NCBI GenBank assembly: GCA_963842885.1
Contig: CAWJIE010000004.1
Span: 288,001 to 352,000, forward strand
DNA from: an uncultured Nitrososphaerota archaeon
GTDB taxonomy: Archaea; Thermoproteota; Nitrososphaeria; Conexivisphaerales; DTJL01
Length of the DNA stretch: 64,000 nt
Direction: 5' to 3'
The notes under the pieces were generated by a model. The model had not been told where the DNA came from. It ran no database searches and saw only the letters and a list, made by a program, of their open reading frames with translations. How positions within the stretch are numbered: the first letter of the stretch is position 1; each line of letters begins with the position of its first letter. The position numbers were made by a program, and so were the translations under genes. Below, in pieces: positions 21,108 through 30,536 of the stretch.

Positions 21108-23204
21108 TCATCCGCTCGACCCTCCTCCGATGGGCTTCGGCCCGAGCGTTCGTTTCTTGGAAGGGCAGTCAGGATTGACACATAGCTGCCAAGGTCGTCG
21201 GCCATAGGTTGTAAACACCAAGACCACGGGCCAGCCACATGTTCTGCAGGGGTATTTGGTAGACCTTATGGTACCTCTCTGAGGAAGAGGTGCGGATGCC
21301 TTACAACCGTTGGGGTAGTTGCTGCAACCGACGAACCTCTTGCCGCTCTTCCGGGAGCGAATCAGAACGAGTTGTCCTTCGTGACAGACTGGGCAGCCAC
21401 CCAGTGTTTCCTTTGCCTTGGCAGTCTGGGTAGCAGCAAGACGAATCTCGTTGCCGACGCTGACCAAGTTATCCTCAAAAAGACTGAGGCATGTCAAGAG
21501 TTGGTCTACGGCTTCGAGGGTCACCGCGTCGGAGTCGAGAGTGGCGGCTTCGACGCCCTCCAGCTTCCTTTCAATTGATTTTGTCATTTCTATTGACAGG
21601 ATTGAGGGTGAGTATTTGGATGCGGCCTCGACGATGGCAAACCCAAGCTCAGAGAGTTCCAAGCTGTTACCCGAGATGTAACCCCTATCGAGCAGGGTTG
21701 AGATTACCTCTGCTCTGGTTGCCTTTGTCCCAATCTCGTCTCTTTCCATCCGTTCCAAAAGCGTGCTTTGATTGTATCGCGAAGGAGGGGCATCGAACGA
21801 TTGAACGACATCCACAGAGACGAAGGTAACGATATCCGTGACCTTCAAAGAAGGTAATCTCTGAGCCTCCCTGTCGTTGTTGAGGTCGTATATGGTAGAC
21901 CAACCAGGTGATATGGTGCTGGTCGCCGAAGCTCGAAACTCGTACTTTCCACAGGCAATCTTCAGAGAATGTCTTTCTTTGACCATGCTTTTGGCGAACG
22001 CTGACAGGAATCTGCGCACAATGAGATCGTAGAGTCGTCCCTCTCTCGTGTCCGTGTCGCGAAGGGGCTCTCCCGTCGGGTATATGGCAGGATGGGCCGG
22101 GTCCGACTTCTGGCCTTGAATAGGAGAGATTCTACCGCCCATCAACGATGCTACGATAGATTTGAAGCTATCTTGTCTGGAAAGCGCGTCGAGTATGCGT
22201 TCGTAGTTGACGGTCGAAGGAATCTGCTGGGAAGAAGTCCTGGGATAGGATATCGCTGCCTGAAGGTAGAGCTTCTCTGCGATCGAAAGCGTTTGAGATG
22301 GTGTAAGTCCCAGAATGCGGTAAGCTTCGTGTTGAAGGTCTCCAAGGTTGAAGGGTGGAGGTGGCGAAGTTGAGAATGGTTGCTTGGTGGCTTCCACCAC
22401 GACGCCCTTCTTTCCCTCAACTTCTTGTTTGACGGATTTCGCTTCGGCTTCGATTTCGATTCTGTTATTCGTGCAATCTGCCGGAAAGAGACCTCCATTG
22501 GCGTTGATGGAAGCCTTTGCTCGCCAATAGGGCACGGGCACGTGGGTTCTGATTTCGCTTTCCCTTTCATGGATGTAGTTGAGTGCAGGTCCCTGGACAC
22601 GCCCAATGCTCAAAGTGGTATACCTCCCCTCCGCTTCGAGGAGGCTGTCAGTCAGAACTCTGGAGAGGTTGACTCCCCAGATAAAGTCAAGAAAATGCCG
22701 AGTGCGACCTGCCTCGGCCATCGGCCACTCCTCTTGCCATTTGAGCTCAGAGAAGGATTTGACAAGCTCGTCGTTGGTCAGAGTTGAGAACTTCGCCCTG
22801 AAGGCCTTGACCTTCTTCGCACCGCAGGCATGCTTCAAAATGTTATAACCGATGGTGTCGCCTTCCAAATCGTAATCACAGGCTATGATCAGTTTGGAGG
22901 CGTGCTTCGACAGGGATTTGAAGGCCCTTATCCTCCAATCTATATCCTTCCGCTTCTTCTCGACATGGGATAAAGGCACCCAATGCAAATCGAGAACAGG
23001 ATGTATGTCACGTTTGGGGTAAGCGGGCGCCAACGAAAAGAGATGGCCGACGGCTGACATAATCACATAATTGGTTTTGCCACGACATAGGATATATGTG
23101 GCGTTGCCCTCGACTTGATTTCCCCCTATGGCGGCCGCGATTCGCTTGGCTATATCTGGCTTCTCGGCTACAATCAGGTCGTATTCTTTAGGGATCTCTG
23201 GCAT
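21108..23204 (-). CDS. topA: Type IA DNA topoisomerase
   Basis: AEKP, CDYDLEG, GRVQ, ISYPRT and GTKATR motifs; C-terminal Zn ribbons. Confidence 0.96.
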   Translation of the reverse strand: MPEIPKEYDLIVAEKPDIAKRIAAAIGGNQVEGNATYILCRGKTNYVIMSAVGHLFSLAPAYPKRDIHPVLDLHWVPLSHVEKKRKDIDWRIRAFKSLSKHASKLIIACDYDLEGDTIGYNILKHACGAKKVKAFRAKFSTLTNDELVKSFSELKWQEEWPMAEAGRTRHFLDFIWGVNLSRVLTDSLLEAEGRYTTLSIGRVQGPALNYIHERESEIRTHVPVPYWRAKASINANGGLFPADCTNNRIEIEAEAKSVKQEVEGKKGVVVEATKQPFSTSPPPPFNLGDLQHEAYRILGLTPSQTLSIAEKLYLQAAISYPRTSSQQIPSTVNYERILDALSRQDSFKSIVASLMGGRISPIQGQKSDPAHPAIYPTGEPLRDTDTREGRLYDLIVRRFLSAFAKSMVKERHSLKIACGKYEFRASATSTISPGWSTIYDLNNDREAQRLPSLKVTDIVTFVSVDVVQSFDAPPSRYNQSTLLERMERDEIGTKATRAEVISTLLDRGYISGNSLELSELGFAIVEAASKYSPSILSIEMTKSIERKLEGVEAATLDSDAVTLEAVDQLLTCLSLFEDNLVSVGNEIRLAATQTAKAKETLGGCPVCHEGQLVLIRSRKSGKRFVGCSNYPNGCKASAPLPQRGTIRSTKYPCRTCGWPVVLVFTTYGRRPWQLCVNPDCPSKKRTLGPKPIGGGSSG

Positions 23205-23279
23205 CAGATGAACGGAACCGTTTCTCGGAGGATGTACTTTTTATATTTAAATCATACCTGGCCGCAAGTCCCGGCAAGG

Positions 23280-23441
23280 ATGTTCGAGATAGTCTGCTCA
23301 AAGTGCGGCGCCAAAATCTACGCTGGAGATGAAGTGAAATCGCCGAGGCAGATACTTCGTTTGTATAAGGGGTTGTGTAAGAAGTGCGGCGCCAAGCTGA
23401 ATCCGGAAGAATTCGACGTTTCGGTGTCAAGTAATGCTTGA
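23280..23441 (+). CDS. Small Zn-ribbon protein
   Basis: MFEIVCSKCG...CKKCGAKL; TATA-like tttatattta upstream; divergent from topA. Confidence 0.7.
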   Translation: MFEIVCSKCGAKIYAGDEVKSPRQILRLYKGLCKKCGAKLNPEEFDVSVSSNA

Positions 23442-23446
23442 TGAGG

Positions 23447-24341
23447 TTAGCCGAACTGCAATTCTTTGAGAGCTTTAGCGAACACTGGTGCTACGGTCAC
23501 CTTGCTGAACTGATTCGGCACAGAATCTGACGTGATCAAGTGCTCCACGCCTGCCTTTGATACTCTCTCATAAGCCCCTTCCACGAAAAGGCCATGAGTG
23601 ATTAAGGCGTGGATGTGGTCGGCTCCTTTGCTCTTCAGTTGTTGGGCTACTTGGGCGATGGTTCCGCCGGTGCTAATGATGTCGTCTACCAGCACGATGT
23701 CGCGCCCACGTGGAGTTGCATGGCCCAAGTTGATATCTACAGATGTATCTCCATACCTTGTCTTCTGCATTACAACTGACTCGGCTCCAAATACATGTGC
23801 GGCCAAGCTAGCCCATTGCGCCGCTTCTCCGTCTGGGGCCACAATGATGGGATCATGGAGGCTGCACTGGGATTTCAGATGTTTAGCCAAGGAAGGGATC
23901 GCTGAAAGGTTGGCGGTAGGTATGTTGAACAACTCGTTCAGGTTATGGATTCTATGAAGGTGGCTGTCCAAGGTGAGGATGGCTGATGTTGGCGCAGATT
24001 CGATGATTTGGCTTATGATTCGAGCGCTAATGGCTTCCCCTGGTTTGAAACGGCTGTCTTGCCTGAGATAGGCCATGTAAGGGAAATATGCCTACGACGT
24101 TCTTAGCTCCAAGGTCTAGGAGGGTCTTCGCAAGGAAGACGTATTCCATCATCAGGCCATCTGGGTCTTTGTATAGTGACTGGGTGATTAAGGCCGTATC
24201 GTGTGGCAGTTCCTTTGTGAATCTCAGGTACCTTTCTCCGTCGGGGAAACGTCTAGTCTCGAAATCTATTACGTCGCAGGACAGACTTTCGGCAATCTTG
24301 AGCCCTAGGGGCTTGTTTCCCGACCCCGGCACAAGAAACAT
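23447..24341 (-). CDS. prs: Ribose-phosphate pyrophosphokinase (frameshift near 24080)
   Basis: FPDGE, YLRQD, APDGEA and VDDIISTGGT motifs over two ORFs. Confidence 0.92.
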
Positions 24342-24456
24342 GGATTTGGCTCGAAGGGTTTGGGTTTAAAAATGTGTTGCCACCTCGAAGCGAGAAAGGC
24401 GAGTGACGCAGCTGAAGTGAAGTATATAATCGTCTCCGAAGGAGAGTTGTTCGAGG

Positions 24457-24534
24457 GCCTCGGTAGCTCAGCCTAGTTAGAGCAACAGCCTTGTAAGCTG
24501 TGGGTCAGGGGAGCGAAGCCCCTCCGAGGCTCCA
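24457..24534 (+). tRNA. tRNA-Thr(TGT), CCA encoded, atypical T-loop
   Basis: GCCTCGG/CCGAGGC acceptor, ACAGC-CT-TGT-AA-GCTGT anticodon arm, TATA box near 24423. Confidence 0.9.
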
Positions 24535-24743
24535 TCAACCTTTTGAGAGCTATGGTGTTTGAAGTGTATATGGAGAAAGAGGTTGGTTCCCGGCAGAGTT
24601 TGTTGACAATTTGTCAACAGCTTTACTGGTTAATGCTTCGGCGAAGTCATCCACCAGAACCTTGTTGCTAATGATGCCGCTCGTAAGAATGCGGACAAAC
24701 TCGTTCAGGTTATCGAAACAGAGCCGCTTGAGGCGAAGGTTAA

Positions 24744-24821
24744 GAGGCGACGCCAATTCACTGACTTTGCTCCTAGACGTGATGTTAAACTACTCTCCGA
24801 AGCTTTGTCCAAATCGGCTAG
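24744..24821 (+). repeat. Direct copy of a polC (DP2) segment at 63820-63897
   Basis: 24756-24815 is identical to 63832-63891 (60 bp); 78 bp with 4 transitions when extended. Confidence 0.92.
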
Positions 24822-25005
24822 AGCGAGGAACAATCGAAACCCATTTCCCCAATAAGCAATCCATGCGTTCTCGTCTAGACTATCTCGGTCTTGTAGAAGC
24901 AGGTGGAATCGCCTTTTGAAGTCTTGGGTTCCACGATAGATGTAGACCTCCCGCATGATTGAAGGCGCAGTCGCCATTAAGGGAAACCGGCAGGCCAGAT
25001 GAACC

Positions 25006-26124
25006 TCAACTGCGTACTCGCGGGTTCCCGTACTGGTCCCAGCCTATGCCCAGGCCCTTCTCCACAACTCCCCTGAACAGAGCCTTCATCCTTCTCTCAG
25101 CCGCGTGGATATCTTGGACGGGCTTCTTGACAGCGAAGATGGCCGTCCCGCTTCTCAGGACACTTACATCGTAAAGGTCGTCCAACCTCAGCGTGCGGAA
25201 GAGTGGGCTACCCATCAGGATTGGTATCCCTTCGTGGTTTGAAAACGAATCCAGCCTTTCGAGGTCCAGCGTGAGGACCTTCTTGGGGTTGATAAAGTAG
25301 GTGCCTGTCCCGTCTCTCTTGCAAGAGTGTTCCATGAGGAAGGGCGAGACCTTAGTGGGCCTTCTGTTGCTCCCAGATACGGGACAGGAGGGCCTCTCCT
25401 TCAGCTTTATCGTATCGAAGCTAAAGTTGCGGAGGTCCACCATGAGCAGCTTGGACAAAAGAGAAGGTTCGGCCCCCGTCATTATCTTGACCGCCTCGGA
25501 GACTGCTATGCTCCCGACAATCCCGAGTATCGCAGGGTGAATGCCTACAACGGCGCAGGAGGGGACCGAGCCCTCCTGGAGGCCTCCGTAGAAGCATTCC
25601 AGGCAGGGGGTCTTCCCCGGCACTATCGTGATGACGGAGCCGAGCATTTCAATCGCTGAGGAGAAGACGTAAGGGACTTGCATTTCGTAGGCAGCCCTGT
25701 TCACTGCGTACCTAGCCCTTATGCCGTCCAGCCCATCTAGCACTACGTCGACGCCCCTGAGGTGCTCAAGCAAGCTTTCGTAGGTCAGGCTCTCAGCGAA
25801 TCCCTCAACCTTCACTGACGAATTCATCTCCTTCAGGCGGGCCAAGGCGCCTTCTATCTTCGGCCTTCCGGCGTCCGACTCCCTGTAGAGGTACTGGCGC
25901 TGGAGGTCAGTGAAGCTAACGATGTCCCTGTCTATAATCCTAATGGAGCCGATTCCCATGGATGCAAGCTGAACAAGGATAGGGACACCCAGGCCCCCGG
26001 CCCCTACTACGAGGACGGTGGAGCCCTTGAGCTTCTGTTGTCCCTCCCAGCCGATGTCTTGGAGGACAATCTGGCGTGAATACCTGTTGGCATCGGAGTC
26101 AGAAAGGGCTTCCTCAACCGTCAC
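25006..26124 (-). CDS. MoeB/ThiF/UbaA E1-like adenylyltransferase
   Basis: RYSRQI, GAGGLG, DRDIV, LQRQ and TPCLEC motifs. Confidence 0.93.
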   Translation of the reverse strand: MTVEEALSDSDANRYSRQIVLQDIGWEGQQKLKGSTVLVVGAGGLGVPILVQLASMGIGSIRIIDRDIVSFTDLQRQYLYRESDAGRPKIEGALARLKEMNSSVKVEGFAESLTYESLLEHLRGVDVVLDGLDGIRARYAVNRAAYEMQVPYVFSSAIEMLGSVITIVPGKTPCLECFYGGLQEGSVPSCAVVGIHPAILGIVGSIAVSEAVKIMTGAEPSLLSKLLMVDLRNFSFDTIKLKERPSCPVSGSNRRPTKVSPFLMEHSCKRDGTGTYFINPKKVLTLDLERLDSFSNHEGIPILMGSPLFRTLRLDDLYDVSVLRSGTAIFAVKKPVQDIHAAERRMKALFRGVVEKGLGIGWDQYGNPRVRS

Positions 26125-26217
26125 CTATCAGTCGCACGCTTCCCTGTCTCGAAGAAGCTTTCGCCGTTATAAGGGTACCTCAACCTCGAGGCGAGCCCTA
26201 GAGAAGTCTTCCCGCTT

Positions 26218-26511
26218 TCATCCACCGCCCGTCGGAGGAATCAGGGCTACAATGTCGCCTTCGTGAAGGATGGGGCTGGTAGTAATCATAGTGCCGTTGA
26301 CGATGATGTGGATTATCTCTCGGACTTCTTCAAGGTCGGGATGGAGTCTCAAAACCAAGCTGACGAGATTGGCGGTCGTAGAGCCGGATGGCAGTCGAAT
26401 ATCTTCACCTGACAGGCCTGCCAACTCCCGCACTTCTGCGTAGTAGAGCACCTGTATCTGCGTCGACTTGCTCCTCTCTGGAGTCGCGTGTCTAGAAGCC
26501 GTAGTGCTCAC
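26218..26511 (-). CDS. MoaD/SAMP ubiquitin-like sulfur carrier
   Basis: YYAEVRELAG and C-terminal PPTGGG. Confidence 0.9.
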   Translation of the reverse strand: MSTTASRHATPERSKSTQIQVLYYAEVRELAGLSGEDIRLPSGSTTANLVSLVLRLHPDLEEVREIIHIIVNGTMITTSPILHEGDIVALIPPTGGG

Positions 26512-26571
26512 ATTCAGCCGACCCTCTGCAATTCTAATATGTCTTTCGTTCCTTCTCTAATGGCTTCAGCC

Positions 26572-27691
26572 CTACGCGGGGGAGGCTACATACTCCTTCC
26601 AGGGCATGGAGAGGCCCTCCTCCACGATCTCTTCGTAAATCTCCTTCATCCTAGTCTCGGCGGCGTCGATGTCCAGGACTGGCTTCTTCACCTTGAACAT
26701 GGCTGTACCGCTCTTCAAGATGCTCACATCGTAAATGTCGTCCAACCTCAGCGTGCGGAAGATGTCGCCTTCGCTCAGCAGGGCGTAGCCTTTTTCCCCA
26801 GCGAAGGCGTCGAGCCTGCTGAGGTCCACATCCAGCGTCCTCCTTGGGTTAATGAAGTAAGTCCCGCTCCCGTCTCTGGCGCATGCCCGCTCTAGGAGGG
26901 GCGGGTGTATGTCGGTGAGGTTCGTGCCACTGCCGGAGACCGGGCAGTTCGGATTGATAGTAACCCTGAAAGAGTCGAAGTTGAAGTGCCGGAGGTCGAC
27001 TAGGCAGGAGCTTCGAAGCCAGCGAAGGCTTCTCCCCCGTGATTATCTTCACGGCTTCTGAAATGGCGATGTTGGCTATGACCCCCAACAAGGAAGGATG
27101 GACGCCGACGACCGCACATTTCCGGACGCCGTCGTCGCTCATCCCACCGAGGAAGCATTCGAGGCAGGGGGTCTCGTCCGGGATGATAGTGGACACGTTA
27201 CCGTACATCTCCAGCGCCGAAGAGAAGATGTATGGGACCTTCATCCTGTAGGAAGCCCTGTTCAAGGCATACCTCCCTCTCATGTCGTCGAGGCCGTCCA
27301 TGACGACGTTTACACCGTTGAGCAGCTCGAGGAGCCGGTCGTATGATAGTGACTCCGCATATCCTTCTACCTTAATTGAGGGGTTGATTTCTCTGATCCT
27401 CTTTACCGCCACCTCCGTCTTCGGCCTTCCGGCGTCCGACTCCCTGTAGAGGTACTGCCGATGGAGGTCAGTGACGCTGACGATGTCCCTGTCTATGATC
27501 TTGATTGTCCCGACCCCAAGGACAACTAGCTGAATCAAGATTGGAGAGCCCAAGCCTCCTGCGCCGGCGACTAGAACGGTGGAACGCTTGAGCCTGACCT
27601 GACCCTCCCAACCGATGTCCTTGAGGACGATCTGGCGGGCATATCTGTTTGCCTCGGCGTCGGTGAGGCCCTCGTCATATGGCTGGCCCAA
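26572..27691 (-). CDS. Second MoeB/ThiF paralog (frameshifted near 26850-27000)
   Basis: Highly similar to 25006-26124 (RYARQI, GAGGLG, TPCLEC, FRTLRLDD.YDVS). Confidence 0.9.
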
Positions 27692-28603
27692 TGGCTCTCA
27701 CGTTTGGTAATCCCTTAACCTATCAGAAAGTTATAAGTCTGTCTGCCTATGTAATCGCACCAAATCCCTGAGCCATTTCTAGAATAATCTAAGAATTTCT
27801 TTGAGGAGAGAGGAGGTTTTGAAGCCTCCGCTGAGATGAACCGGTCGCATGGCCCGTTTAGCACTCGCCCCAAGCCCCGGCGTGAAGTCGGGGCGAGGCT
27901 CATCGGCATGTTCTGGAGACAGGAATTGGTGATTCTGACAATCTCCTGCGACGTAGGTGCTGATAAGGGGAAACATGTCTGCACGCCGAGCGAATCTCTT
28001 GGAAGATGGTCTTGGCCAAGTCCGGGATTGAATTCTTCAAAGTGAATCTGTTGGAGCCGTTTCTGTCTGAGTCGTGCAGACATGTGCACAGCAAAGGCAT
28101 AATCATGTTATATTCGAAAACATATGGCCCTGAATCATGGGATGCGCAAAGGTTACTATAAGGTTGGGCGTATGGGACCCGTAAAGAGCATTTCCACTCA
28201 TTTCAAATTCAAACATTGAGTGAGTTGAGGAAAGATGTTATGATGACGCTCGTTCTGAGGAGTTATGCCCGTGAAGATGATTCTGAAATCGGCATTAGAG
28301 CGAAGGAGATTCGCAGATATAGAATATGATTGAAAGAAGAAGTTGGTTTTGAGCAAATTGCGGCTGAGAACATAGTGAACATGAGCAGAAAGGATGGCTT
28401 CGTAGGCAATAACCTCGAGCCGGAGCCTGCCTTACTTTATTGTAGCCTAAACGATAACTGCTATGCCTGGTGGCTCAGACCGAGGACACCGCGGCAGAGA
28501 AGGAGATGAGGCTCGAAAACGAAATCGGTCATCTTCTGGAACCGAGAATCCCTGAGGTACATGTATCTCATAGCCTCGGCGGTCTGAAGCCAGAGGTCAT
28601 TGA

Positions 28604-28954
28604 TTAATTTGACTGCCTGGTAGGGGACTTGTCGTTCCCCCATAACAGGCCGAGGAACGCCGGGATTTCATCGTCATGACCCGCGATTACAACGACATGA
28701 TTCTGCTTCTTAGCTAAAGTCAGAGCCAAGAGATGATGGCACTCCTTCTTCTTTCCTCTGGTCAAGGAAAAGTAGAAGGCAGGACATGTGCATAGAGGAG
28801 GATCATTAGATACCAGGTATTCTCCTTCACTACCGACGACCGTCCAGATTTCTGTTCCGCTGGGATTGAACACATGCTGTTTGACTCCACTCGAATCAAC
28901 TATCTCTGTTGCTTTCAGTAGAAGTTGGTCATGAATAGCGGCTGGTCTAGACAA
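28604..28954 (-). CDS. SWIM zinc finger protein
   Basis: CTCPAF...CHHLLA motif. Confidence 0.8.
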   Translation of the reverse strand: MSRPAAIHDQLLLKATEIVDSSGVKQHVFNPSGTEIWTVVGSEGEYLVSNDPPLCTCPAFYFSLTRGKKKECHHLLALTLAKKQNHVVVIAGHDDEIPAFLGLLWGNDKSPTRQSN

Positions 28955-29010
28955 TGTTCGTATCTATAAGAAAGGGTGATTTATCCGTTAGGCGGATGTA
29001 AAGCCGACCC

Positions 29011-29772
29011 TTGAAACTCCAACCCCTAGAGGAGGTCCCGGCATTATCTGCTTTGACAAGAGACGGCAAGCGTTTTTTGGTGTTGAGCGACCTTCATCTA
29101 GGGTTGACTAGTAGGATGGGACTCCGGAGGCCGTTTCCCGAAGAAGAAGCAGCGGAAATCTGTCAAAGAATAGGTCTAGCGAGCCGCAAGACCGGCGCCT
29201 GCAACCTGATTATGCTGGGCGATTTGAAACATGGATTATTCGAACCCGACATTCATGAAAGGAAGGCCCTCAGGAGCCTGACAGAGAAGTTGACCGAAGA
29301 TTTCGCAGTGTGGATCATGAAGGGGAACCATGACTACGGAATTGAGGATGTCATGGATTCGCGAGTCAGAATAATAGGAAGGAATGGGCTTGAGCTGGAC
29401 AAAACGGTATTCATCCACGGACATTCTTTACCAAGGTTGTCTGACAGTCTGGAATCATACGACATGATGGTTTCGGGTCATATTCATCCACAACGGGTAA
29501 TTGATGGCGAATGGAAGCCCGTTTGGTTGATTCTAAGAGGTAAAAGGGGTATGAGGCCTAGGGAGGTGATTATCCTACCTCATTTCAATAAGTATGCTTC
29601 ACGGGTCGGCTATCGGCCTGGTCCGCCAGTGACGATTGCGCCTTTCTTGCGTCGCCTTCAGCTGGATAGGTATGATTATGAGATGAAAGATTTGGCTTTG
29701 AACAAGGTAGAAGTCGGAACAGCGTCAGATATGATGTTGATGAAGGCCGGTGGTGGGGCCGGGCGGATTTGA
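29011..29772 (+). CDS. Metallophosphoesterase (calcineurin-like)
   Basis: SDLHLG, LGDLKH, KGNHD, IHGH and GHIHP motifs. Confidence 0.9.
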   Translation: MKLQPLEEVPALSALTRDGKRFLVLSDLHLGLTSRMGLRRPFPEEEAAEICQRIGLASRKTGACNLIMLGDLKHGLFEPDIHERKALRSLTEKLTEDFAVWIMKGNHDYGIEDVMDSRVRIIGRNGLELDKTVFIHGHSLPRLSDSLESYDMMVSGHIHPQRVIDGEWKPVWLILRGKRGMRPREVIILPHFNKYASRVGYRPGPPVTIAPFLRRLQLDRYDYEMKDLALNKVEVGTASDMMLMKAGGGAGRI

Positions 29773-29829
29773 ACCGCCGATCACCAGCGCCCAAGGCTGG
29801 TAGCGTGGACCAGGCTAGCCCACGGCCCC
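29751..29829 (-). tRNA. tRNA-Pro(TGG), CCA encoded
   Basis: Reverse complement reads GGGGCCG...CCAGC-CT-TGG-GC-GCTGG...TTCAAAT...CGGCCCC-A-CCA. Confidence 0.93.
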
Positions 29830-29893
29830 GCTCGAGTGAACGCTCTCTTGCGGCTGCTCACATGTACCATCAAGATAAGTGTTTGTAGCAAGA

Positions 29894-30277
29894 TTAGGCG
29901 TAATGGATGATGATGCGAGTCCTGTATTCTTCGTCGCTTGAGAAAACCTTACCGCAGTGGAAGCATTGGTATAGACCGGGGGGAAGGCTGATGGGAGAAT
30001 CTTCGTGATTTGCCCAAGACGCGGCTTCGTCTGCTAGGGCCTCCACGACTACTTTGTGTCCTTCCAACGTCTCCTTGAAACCATGTTGGCCCTGTGCCAC
30101 TAGGAATTCTTGGATGAGCACGATTACCAAGCTGGTGTCTTCGCGGATTTATCTTCAAGGATGATGGAGTGGGCCTTCAGAAGAGGTACAGTGGATAGCC
30201 TCTCTCCGATGTATGCTGACATCAGAGCAAGCTTTTCCCTTGAGGACATCGAACAGGATTTCGAGCATTAGTATCAT
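29894..30277 (-). CDS. Hypothetical protein with a C-terminal C2H2-like zinc finger (frameshifted)
   Basis: YQCFHCGKVFSSDEEY....H; the N-terminal part needs frame changes. Confidence 0.55.
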
Positions 30278-30354
30278 CTCACACGTGGGATAGATATGTC
30301 TGGTTCTGAACTAACGACATGTGTCAGATTGGATTCTAAGAGCTTCTGAAAAGG

Positions 30355-30467
30355 AGCCCCGGGCGGGATTTGAACCCGCGGTCTCTTCCTCTTTGTATCG
30401 AGTTTACCAAGGAAGCGCATTCGACCGCTATGCTCTCCAGCCTCGGGCACTGACGAGGTACCGGGGC
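30355..30467 (-). tRNA. tRNA-Thr(GGT) with two introns (8/9: 30435-30459; 37/38: 30391-30404)
   Basis: After removing both introns: GCCCCGG TA GCAT...ATGC G CTTCC TT-GGT-AA GGAAG AGACC GCGGG TTCAAAT CCCGC CCGGGGC T. Confidence 0.85.
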
Positions 30468-30536
30468 CTTCCGGGGCTCTTGAAGCCACGACCCAATGGG
30501 AGTTTTTAAGAATTTCGACCGAGGCTGACCGGGTCG

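Noticed and set aside
24744-24821. Diversity-generating retroelement template/variable repeat pair with polC
   Set aside because: Mismatches are not confined to adenines on either strand and no reverse transcriptase is present in the window
28300-28610. Possible frameshifted small gene on the plus strand
   Set aside because: No recognisable motif, so it cannot be supported from the sequence alone
2487-30277. Frameshifts in dnaJ, nob1, the dph6-like gene, pus10, prs, moeB2 and the C2H2 gene as programmed frameshifting or pseudogenisation
   Set aside because: They are scattered single-base indels in otherwise conserved genes with no shared slippery motif, typical of unpolished sequence
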